A stretch of DNA of 64,000 bases from the NCBI RefSeq assembly GCF_009914755.1, contig NC_060925.1; one strand, written 5' to 3'. The stretch comes from the human T2T-CHM13v2.0 reference genome, Homo sapiens. Under the pieces are notes generated by a model, which did no database searches, was not told the origin of the DNA, and saw nothing but the letters and a program-made list of their open reading frames with translations. The position numbers and the translations under genes were made by a program. Of the stretch, positions 50,451 to 64,000 are shown one piece after another. Every line of letters starts with the position of its first letter. Position 1 is the stretch's first letter.

Positions 50451-51664
50451 TGAACCCGAAACATAGAAACATTAAACTAGAATAAAACATAAATATTTTC
50501 TAATTAATATGCATGCTTACCTAAGTAGAACTCTTTTAGTAGCTTACTGTGGCTTTTAAAAAATTAAACTGTAAGTGATGAATGGCCTACTTCTTGAATA
50601 ACCTAAGAAACCATAAAGTTTCCATCTGTTATTTCTAAGTTTATATTTAAGAGAATTCTATATTTGCCAAGTCCAAATGTCAAAGTTTTAACATTGCCCT
50701 TCCATCAGCCAAGTTTAACTAGGAAGGTAGAGAAAATATTTCTGCAGTCATCAGAGAAATGGTGATGCATAGCTTGGAATTATGTTGCTTTGAGCCAGTG
50801 AATATTCCTATATTTCTTCCTAAAAAAAAGAAAAGAGAAGAACAAAGAAAGAAAAAATAGAAAAGGAAAATCGTCATAGGAGACGATGTCTCTCATAGGA
50901 GAGACATGACCACTTAATGGGGAGGAGTTTTTACTAATTATAGTTTTTTGCCAAATATCCTCAGTCATTATTACATTAGATCATTATTGAAGTCAAATAA
51001 GTTTATGAAATCAATTATACAAATATATGAAATTTTTATTGTTCCAACATTTTCTTATTTTGCAAAATTTCAAGTCTTCAGAAGTGTTGAGTAAGACAGT
51101 ACAATACATACTCACATACCCTTTATTAGATGCACCTGTTTTTGATCCATTTAAAAGTAAGATGCAGATATCATAATCCATCACCCTAAATATTTCAACA
51201 CGTATCTATTAAGAATAAGAACATTTTTCAGCACATGGGTAATACCATCACACTCGCGACATTTAGCATTGATTAATATTGTATAAAATAGTTCACATTC
51301 AAATTTCCCCATTGTCTCAATAGTTTTTCTGGTCATTTTAACATTTATATGGGATCCAATCAAATATCACTTTGCATTTAAGTTATCAAGTCCCTTTACT
51401 CTCCTAGAACTGTCAACTCCTTTTCTTTTCCTCCTTCTTCCTCTCTTCCTTCTACTCCTTCTTTTCCTTTTTTTACCCATGACATTGCCCTTTTTTTAAG
51501 TCTGGCCAAGTTATTCAGTAGATCATATTACATTCTAGAATTTTATAATTGTTTCTTCTTGATTATATACATATTAAATATTTTTTCAAAAATATTTTAT
51601 AATAGGTATTATATACTTATATCGTAACAAAGTAACAGAATTTGGCATGTCTTCCTATTATTGG

Positions 51665-52481
51665 TATGATGTTATGTATATACATATTATATACATGTAT
51701 GCATATGTACATATTATATACATATGCATATCATATACATATGTGAATATGTATATGACATTTATATGTCATATACATATATGTGTATATATATATAATA
51801 ACATCATACCAATAATAGGAAAATCTGACAATTTTATATGTACGCCCACACACACTGTTTTTTTTCGTAGTTCCTGGCTCATAACTTCCATAGCCCTTGT
51901 TACAACCTTCTGTTTTAATTTGGGTAGTTAGGCCTCAGGGGCAGGCTTAAGGAAATAGAATCACTCTGATCTTCTGCCTCCTTTTCACCTGCCTCAATGC
52001 AGGACTCCAATTTTACCCAACCTCCCTGACTGTGGGTTTTAAGACCCTTTCCACAGAGGGTCCCTCCCTATGTCTTGGGGTAAAGAATGCTAACATCATG
52101 CAGCTTCCACCGAAACCCAAGAGGCTGGGTTCCTGGGCTTCCAGATAGCAGAAAATGAGGAGGTTCCTGGAGGGTGGCACACCCAGGGAGGGCATGGAAT
52201 TCCAGAACCCCAATTTGCAGCCAGTTGATCAGAAGTTCTGGAAGCCCAGACTAATTTCTGGGGTTTGGGGAACAGTCCTAGGGGCTGACCTCTCAGGCTG
52301 CGGGATCTAACACTATCTCCAGATAGTGTTGCAATTGAATTGGAGGACAGCCAGCTGGTGTCTGCTACTTGGTGTGTGGAGGAAAATTCCCAGACATTTG
52401 CTCACATAAGTCTTCTATGTTGATGATTGCTGTGGTGGTGTAAGAGCAGAAGAGAAACACAGTTTTAGAATTTTTCTCTAA
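51665..52481 (+). mobile_element. MER21A LTR
   Basis: gttcctggctcataacttccatagcccttgttaca..ggcctcaggggcagg..gaggttcctggagggtggcacacccagggagggcatgga..gaattggaggacagccagctggtgtc. Confidence 0.85.
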
Positions 52482-52763
52482 ATAATTGATGACATTACTT
52501 TTGAACGTGTGATTAAGGTCATGTTCATCAACTATCTCATTGCAAAGGACCCTCTTCTCTTCATAATTGACAAGAAATCTGTGGAGTAACACTTTGACCC
52601 TGCATGAATATCTTATTCTCAAAATCTGTAATCCAATAATTTCAGTGTTTATTGGTAACCTTTGACTGAATCAATTATTACAATGATACTTGCAAATGGT
52701 AATTTTCTATCTCTATCATTCTTTCTACATTTATTAGTTGGCATTCTTCTATTAAGAAAAGTT

Positions 52764-53080
52764 AGCCATGCATGCTGGTTCATGCCTATAATTCCAGCAT
52801 TTTGGGAGGCTGAGGCAGGAAATGGCTTGAACTCATAAGCTTGAGACCAGCCTGGGCAACAAAGAGAGAACCTGTCTCCACAAAAAAAGTTGAAAAATAA
52901 TCTGTGTGTGGTGATGTGCATCTGTGGTCCAGGCTACCTAGGAAGCTGAGGTGGGAGGATCTCTTGAGCTTGGGAGACTGTGAGTGCAGTGAGCTATGAT
53001 CATGCCATTGCACTCCAGCCTGGGCAATGGAGAAAGACTTTACCTCAAAAAAAAGAAAAGAGTAAAGAAAAAGAAAAAAA
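52764..53080 (+). mobile_element. AluJ
   Basis: ggcttgaactca..gggaggatctcttgagc..gcagtgagctatgatcatgcc. Confidence 0.88.
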
Positions 53081-53409
53081 CAAAAGCTTTTCTTCCCTCC
53101 TTCCTCCCTCTTATTTAAGCAACATAATGGATCCAGTAACAATTTTTCATTACATTTTAATCCATTGATGTAATTATAATTTTGATGTTCAAAATATTTC
53201 ATATTTGGTTAGAGGAAGTCCCTTCAAGTAGACTCATCTATTTTTTTATGCATTTCCATCAGTTTTTGAGAACTTCCTGCTTTTAAGTTTTATTTTGCAA
53301 TCTGGTCCTAATTGAAAGATTTACAAAACTTCATATCACCACTTTTTTTGTCTATTGGAAATTTATTAAATTATTGAGACACAAATTAGAATAATTGCTA
53401 AGCTTAGAA

Positions 53410-53607
53410 TAACTTGGGTTCGAGGCTGAATCTATGATACACTAACTGCACATTTATGGATAAGTAACCTATCCACTTTAACTATCAGACTCTAAAGTAC
53501 GGATTAATATCATGCCTACCTCATTGAATTGTTTGGAAGATTAAGTAAGATAATACATGAACAGCATTAGCAGTGCCCAGTATTAAATACTTAATATGTT
53601 AGCTATT
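53410..53607 (+). mobile_element. MIR
   Basis: cctacctcat..gattaagtaagataatacat..taatatgttagctatt. Confidence 0.65.
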
Positions 53608-53952
53608 CTAGAATTACATAATATTGTAAGCTATTGGGCAGTCAGTGGAATATTACAACTTTAGAAATACTTACCCTTTAATCTCCTTTATGAACTGAAG
53701 CCACCTATTTCTTATACCAGACTTTTCAATCAGTCTGTCCCCCCCCAAAAAATTTTATTATTCACTTAAAAAAGATTGGATCACTAGAGCCTCACAGGTG
53801 ACCTTTCAAATTTTGACTATGCAGTTTTCCATTTTATATTTCACATTATTTTACTAAAATTTGTATTTAATTGACAAGCAGCATTATCTATTTTTACCAT
53901 CTGATGAAGCCTTGTTTCCACAGGAAAACTGGGTCAGTCAAAGCAACAGTAG

Positions 53953-54471
<519 letters not shown>

Positions 54472-54799
54472 TGAAGGTTCTATCTTTCTTAATTCCTGAT
54501 CACCCAATACCCACTTTAATTAAAGGCTTCAGAAAGAAAAATAGGGCTATCGAAAAACTCTTATCAGGATAAGAATAATGGAATATTCAAGAAAAAGTGT
54601 CAAAGATTATCTTCAAATGAAGCTTATTTAGTTCTTAAACTATTCCAGGATAGCTTTTGAGCCTTGGGAAATAAGATAAAAATCTTTATTTCCAGTCTTT
54701 TCTGTAATGTCATATGTCTCATTTTAAATTATATTTAATGGATGATTATGGTCAAACTATTATGTGCATGGTTAGATATACTACTACTCCAAACACATA

Positions 54800-56480
54800 T
54801 CAATAGCAATAAAGCATGGATCTGAAGTAAAAGCACAAAATGGTAACCTGGAAGAAAATTACAGGCCTAATGGCCTTCAAGGCTGGAAGCAGGCAGTGTT
54901 GCCCAATAGTTTGATAACTATGTGGTAATTAATATTTAAATTATCCATAAGAAATGGAAGGCAAGAGTCAAAATCACTGCTTGAGGCAAGAGTTACTATG
55001 AGAATTCTCAGTCATACAAGAAGACGTTAAAAAGCTACTGAAACACTGCCTTGGGCTAGATTTTCAAGGGAATATTTGTACCTAGGGTAGTGAGCAAAAA
55101 AAGACGCACACTCATGACTCAGGAACTGAATCAACTACTCACTATTTATATAACCATTTCTTGGGGCTCCGCTATCTTACAGTAAGACAGGAGACTCAAA
55201 CCAATGTTACACCAGCTGATACTTCAGTAAGGTCACAAAGACAAGTATAGGAAAACACAAAACCCCCAAATCTTCTATATGGAGAGAAATAGAGGAAAGT
55301 TAACAGAAAACAAATGTGAAACTAAAAATCTTTCATTTCCCATGGATTACCAAACCAAAATATAAAATTTTCATTAGATATAAAAATTAAATGCCAAGAA
55401 AGGTAACCAAGAAAGTTAGCAAAGTGTCAACCCATTCCAGATGAAAAGAATGTGGGTAACACTCCAAAGGAGACTTCTCAAAAGCATGCCTAGGTTGGTC
55501 AGAGAAGTAAAGAAATAACATTTATTAAAAACAATTTAAAAAGCAGTACATATAAAATAAAATAGAGAATATAAAAAAGAACCAACAAAAATATTGAAAA
55601 TGAAATCTATTTTCTCAAAAAAAGCTCAATAGTTAGAATAAAGTTTATGTAATCAAGATAAAATTTAATTTAAAAATTAGTCTAAAAATATTTACCAACA
55701 TTTTCAACATAGAGAAATAAAGAGCAACTATGGGAATTGTAAGATTGATTAAGAAAAATTAAATTATTTAATATTAATTCAATGAAAATCTGATGGAGAA
55801 ACAATTGTATTTTAAAGAAATAGTGACAGAATACTTTCCACAACCACAAAATACCCAAGTCCTCAGATTGTAGTAAAAGTGAATCACTAAAAACATTAAA
55901 TTATGCTGAATATAAACTAATGAAAGTTTCATAAAACTGCAATCAAAGTGAAAGGGAAGATACAAGTTTATCACAGAGAAAATGTATTTCCCACAAATAA
56001 CTATTATGCTGAACACAAAATATCCAGAAAAAAACATAAGCCACTAAGTATTTTATTTTATTTATTTTGCATTTTAATTTTAGAGACAGGGTCTCTGCTC
56101 TGTTGCCCTGACTGGAGTGCAGTGGCATAATCGTAGATTCCTGCAGCCCTAAACTCCTGATCAAGGGATCCTCCCAACTTAGCCTCTGGAGTTTCCAGGG
56201 CTACAGATGTGGTCTACCATGCCTGTCTAATTTATTTTCTATTTTTTGGTCTCAAAAAATAGAAAATATTGAGTCTGGTCTCAAACTCCTGAGCTCAATC
56301 AATCCTCCTACCTCAGCCTCCCAAAGTGCTGGGATTACAGGCATGAGCCACCACACCTGGCCCTTCTAAGCATTTTGTATCCAGCTAAAAACAACCATGA
56401 AATGTGTGGGCAAAATGAAGATTCTCAATAAACAAACAAATGAAAACTACAGTTTTCTAAAACCTTTAGATACTCACTAA
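54800..56480 (+). mobile_element. old L1M 5'/ORF1 remnant, interrupted by an AluJ
   Basis: atattgaaaatgaaa..aaagaaatagtgacagaatactttcca..cctcagattg..attttgtatccagctaaa. Confidence 0.45.
56050..56362 (-). mobile_element. AluJ with an internal fold-back rearrangement
   Basis: agagacagggtctc..ctcaaactcctgagctcaa; degenerate TSD ctaagtatttt/ctaagcatttt. Confidence 0.88.
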
Positions 56481-56534
56481 AAGAAGAAATGAATATTTGC
56501 CAAATGCAATAAACTACGCGCATTTTAAAATAAT

Positions 56535-56830
56535 TTTATATTTTTATTGTAATAAAATATACATAAAATAAAATTCTTCATTTTGACCATTTTTAGGTGT
56601 AATGTTCTGTGGCATTAAGTATGTTCACATTGTAGGACAACTATCACTGCCATCCATCTCCAGAACACATTTCATCTTAGAAAACTGAAATTCTGTACCT
56701 ATTAACAGTAACTCCCCACTCCTCTTCTCCCAGCCCCTGGAAACCATCATTCTACTTTCTCTATAAATTTGATTACTATAGGTACTTCATATAAATTGAA
56801 TCACACAGCATTTTTCTTTTGTGAGTGGCA
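56535..56830 (-). mobile_element. L1MB 3'-end fragment
   Basis: aaaatatacataaaataaaatt..gtggcattaagta..catccatctccagaac..cccagcccctgg..cattctactttct. Confidence 0.8.
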
Positions 56831-56928
56831 TTATACATTGTTAGATGTGATTACATTAGAATTGAAATAATCTGTTTAGTGAAAGACACTGGAAACAAAG
56901 TTTAACTCAGATATCAATACTTATAAAT

Positions 56929-57060
56929 AAGGAAACCATGCAATTCCATTTGCCCAGTGTAGTTCTAGTTTTCTTCTCTTATCTGGACATAATTATTAAG
57001 GATGCACTCTTTCATTCTTAAAAATGTTTTAGTTTAAATAAGTGATTATGGTCACCTTAA
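56929..57060 (+). mobile_element. MER94 (hAT-Blackjack)
   Basis: aaccat..tttgccc..cataattattaa..ctttcattcttaaaaatgt..tatggtcacctta. Confidence 0.65.
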
Positions 57061-57402
57061 ATAAAACTTTCTGAAGTTTAATGTACAAATTTTATAAAGA
57101 ATATTTTAAAGTCTACAAAAAAGGACTAACTATGTTAGAGGACAATGGTTAGTGACTATTGAACAAAGAACTCATTGAAGAGAAAAGCTACATAGCTAAT
57201 CACAACAAAAAGATGCTCAATCTCCTCAGAAATCAGGGATATGCAAATACACTAACTGCTAAACACCATTTCACACAATTAAAATAGGAAAAAAATAAAA
57301 TCTGACAACTGTGAATGCTGAAGATGTTCTGAAGAAACAAAAGCGCAACCTTACTTTTATGTGTGTATATGGGTATAACCAATTCCAGGATAATTTTGTT
57401 AT

Positions 57403-58105
57403 CTAATGTGTATAATCTTTTTTTTTTTACATTTTACTTGTTTTATTGGTATTTTTAAAAATAATGTGCCATGACTATAGTACGATTAATTTTGCAAATC
57501 TGTTTGATACGACTGACCTTCCATATTCTTTTTTTTTTTTAATACTTGAAGTTCTAGGGTACATGTGCACAACGTGCAGGTTTGTTACATATGTATGCAT
57601 GTGCCATGTTGGTGTGCTACACCCATTAACTCATCATTTACATTAGGTATTTCTCCTAATGTTATCCCTCCCCACTTCCCGCACCCCATGACAGGTCCCA
57701 GTGCGTGATGTTCCCCACCCTGTGTCCAAGTGTTCTCATTGTTCAATTCACATCTATGAGTGAGAACATGCGGTGTTTGTTTTACTAGTTCAGCCATTGT
57801 GGAAGACAGTGTGGTGATTCCTCAAGGATCTAGAACTAGAAATACCATTTGACCCAGCCATCCCATTACTGGGTGTATACCCAAAGGATTAGAAATCATG
57901 CTGCTATAAACACACATGTACACATATGTTTATTGAGGCACTATTCACAATAGCAAAGACTTGGAACCAACCCAAATGTCCATCAATGATAGACTGGATT
58001 AAGAAAATGTGGCACATACACACTATGGAATACTACACAGCCATAAAAAAGGATGAATTCATGTCCTTTGTAGGGACATGGATGAAGCTAACATGTATAA
58101 TCTTT
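57403..58105 (-). mobile_element. L1PA5-like truncated insertion with a 5' inversion and a 3' transduction
   Basis: TSD ctaatgtgtataatcttt (57403-57420) / ctaacatgtataatcttt (58088-58105); poly-T 57418-57428; unique 57429-57528; poly-T 57529-57540; L1 3' end on minus to 57783; inverted ORF2 segment on plus 57784-58089. Confidence 0.9.
57429..57528 (-). other. 100-bp 3'-transduced genomic segment with its own poly(A) signal
   Basis: lies between two poly(A) tracts inside the TSDs; AATAAA on the minus strand at 57442-57447, 13 nt before the distal poly(A). Confidence 0.85.
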
Positions 58106-58128
58106 CATTTAAAAATTCTATTTTGTCT

Positions 58129-59146
58129 GGGAGCCAAGATGGCCAAATAGGAACAGCTCCAGTCTACAGCTCCCAGTGTGAGCGACACAGAAGACGGGTG
58201 ATTTCTGCATTTCCAACTGAGGTACTGGGTTCATCTCACTGGGGAGTGCTGGACAGTGGGTGCAGGACAGTGAGTACAGTACACCATGTGTGACCCAAAG
58301 CAGGGCGAGTCATCGCCTCACCCCGGAAGCACAAGGGGTCAGGGAATTCCCTTTCTTAGTCAAAGAAAGGGGTGACAGATGGCACCTGGAAAATTGGGTC
58401 ACTCCCACCCTATTACTGCACTTTTCCAATGGGTTTAACAAATGGCACACCAGGAGATTATATCACGCACATGGCTTGGTGGGTCCTACACCCACAGAGC
58501 CTCGCTCATTGCTAGCACAGCAGTCTGAGATCAAACTGCAAGATGGCAGTGAGGCTGTGGGAGGGGCACCCTCCATTGCTGAGGCTTGAGTAGTTAAACA
58601 AAGCAGCCAGGAAGCTCGAACTGGGTGGAGCCCACCACAGATCAAGGAGGCCTGCCTGCCTCTGTAGGCTCCACCACTGGGGGCAGGGCACAGACAAACA
58701 AGAGGCAGCAATAACCTCTGCAGACTTAAATGTCCCTGTCTGACAGCTCTGAAGAGAGTAGTGGTTCTCCCAGCATGCAGCTTGAGATCTGAGAATGGGC
58801 AGACTGCTCCTCAAGTGGGCCCCTGACCCCCGAGTAGCCTAACTGGGAGGCACCCCCCAGTAGGGGTGGACTGACACCTCATACAGCCGGGTACTCTGAG
58901 ACAAAACTTCCAGAGGAACAATCAGGCAGCAGCATTTGCGGTTCAACAATATCTGCTGTTCTGCAGCCACTGCTGCTGATACCCAGGAAAACAGTGTCTG
59001 AGTGGACCTCCAGCAAACTCCAACAGACCTGCAGCTCAGGGTCCTGACTGTTAGAAGGAAAACTAAGAAACAGAAAGGACATCCACACCAAAAGTCCATC
59101 TGTACATCACCATCATCAAAGACCAAAGGTAGATGAAACCACAAAG
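58129..59146 (+). promoter_or_regulatory. L1 5'UTR: sense and antisense promoters, YY1 site, retained ZNF93-type segment
   Basis: YY1 core aagatggcc near 58136-58144; the extra ~130-bp block near 58905-59030 that younger L1s lack; many CpGs decayed. Confidence 0.7.
58463..58576 (-). pseudogene. L1 ORF0 homologue truncated at 37 aa
   Basis: MEGAPPTASLPSCSLISDCCASNERGSVGVGPTKPCA* versus the recalled ORF0 start MAGAPPPASLPPCSLISDCCASNQRDSVGVGP. Confidence 0.75.
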
Positions 59147-60162
59147 ATGGGGAAAAAACAGAGCAGAAAAACTGGAAACTCTAAAAATCAGAGCGCCTCT
59201 CCTCCACCAAAGGAATGCAGCTCCTCACCAGCAAAGGAACAAAGCTGGACAGAGAATGACTTTGATGAGTTGAGAGAAGAAGACTTCAGACAATCAAACT
59301 ACTCCAAGCTAAAGGAGGAAGTTCGAACCAATGGCAAAGAAGTTAAAAACCTTGAAAAAAATTAGACAAATGGATAACTAGAATAACCAATGCAGAGAAG
59401 TCCTTAAAGTACCTGATGGAGCTGAAAACCACGGCACAAGAACTACATGATGAATGCACAAGCCTCAGTAGCTGATACAATCAACTGGAAGAAAGGGTAT
59501 CAGTGATGGAAGATTAAATGAATGAAATGAAGTGAGAAGAGAAGTTTAGAGAAAAAAGAATAAAAAGAAATGAACAAAGCCTCCAAGAAATATGGGACTA
59601 TGTGAAAAGACCAAATCTACGTCTGATTAGTGTACCTGAAAGTGACGGGAAGAATGGAACCAAGTTGGAAAACGCTCTGCAGGATACTATCCAGGAGAAC
59701 TTCCCCAATCTAGCAAGGCAGGCCAACATTCAAATTCAGGAAATACAGAGAACCCCACAAAGATACTCCTCGAGAAGAGCAACTCCAAGACACATAATTG
59801 TCAGATTTACCAAAGTTGAAATGAAGGAAAAAATGTTAAGGGCAGCCAGAGAGAAAGGTCGGGTTACCCACAAAGGGAAGCCCATCAGACTAACAGCTGA
59901 TCTCTTGGCAGAAACTCTACAAGCCAGAAGAGACTGGGGGCCAATATTCAACATTCTTAAAGAAAAGAATTTTCAACCCAGAATTTCATATCCAGCCAAA
60001 CTAAGCTTCATTAGTGAAGGAGAAATAAAATACTTTACAGACAAGCAAATGCTGAGAGATTTTGTCACCACCAGGCCTTCCCTAAAAGAGCTCTTGAAGG
60101 AAGCACTAAACATGGAAAGGAACAACCAGTACCAGCCACTGCAAAAACATGCCAAATTGTAA
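59147..60162 (+). pseudogene. L1 ORF1p, disrupted
   Basis: MGKKQSRKTGNSK start; frameshift in the A-run near 59360 and downstream stops; intact C-half KRPNLRL..QKHAKL*. Confidence 0.92.
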
Positions 60163-60225
60163 AGACCATCAAGGCTAGGAAGGAACTACAACAACTAACG
60201 AGCAAAATAACCAGCTAACATCAAA

Positions 60226-64000
<3,775 letters not shown>

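Larger units (their letters stand above)
51045..53300 (-). mobile_element. L1MC4/5-type 3' region, interrupted by MER21A and AluJ
   Basis: agtaagatgcagatatcat..ccctaaatatttcaac..cattcaaatttcccca; resumes at about 52482 (tactttgaga-like..ctgaatcaattattacaatga). Confidence 0.6.

Overview
Primate, most likely human, genomic DNA. It is AT-rich, gene-poor and mostly made of interspersed repeats (L1, Alu, L2, MIR, MaLR/ERVL LTRs, DNA transposons) plus two large AT-rich tandem expansions. I found no intact host protein-coding gene, RNA gene, CRISPR array or prokaryotic system. The long ORFs are L1 ORF1/ORF2 remnants or low-complexity/Alu artefacts. The most informative structures are: (1) a 477-bp ANP32B processed pseudogene with a twin-priming 5' inversion and a 14-bp TSD, inserted at an MLT1 internal/LTR boundary (22451-22927); (2) a short L1PA5-like insertion carrying both a 5' inversion and a 100-bp 3' transduction with its own AATAAA and poly(A) (57403-58105), whose target site lies 5 bp from that of a full-length-type but dead L1PA4-like element; (3) repeated fold-back or templated-inversion scars, including an 86-bp near-perfect palindrome that appears to have seeded a ~700-bp minisatellite; (4) an orphan minus-strand candidate exon with strong splice sites (13002-13111). 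Repeat subfamily names come from my recall of consensus sequences, not from a database search. Boundaries of old elements are approximate.
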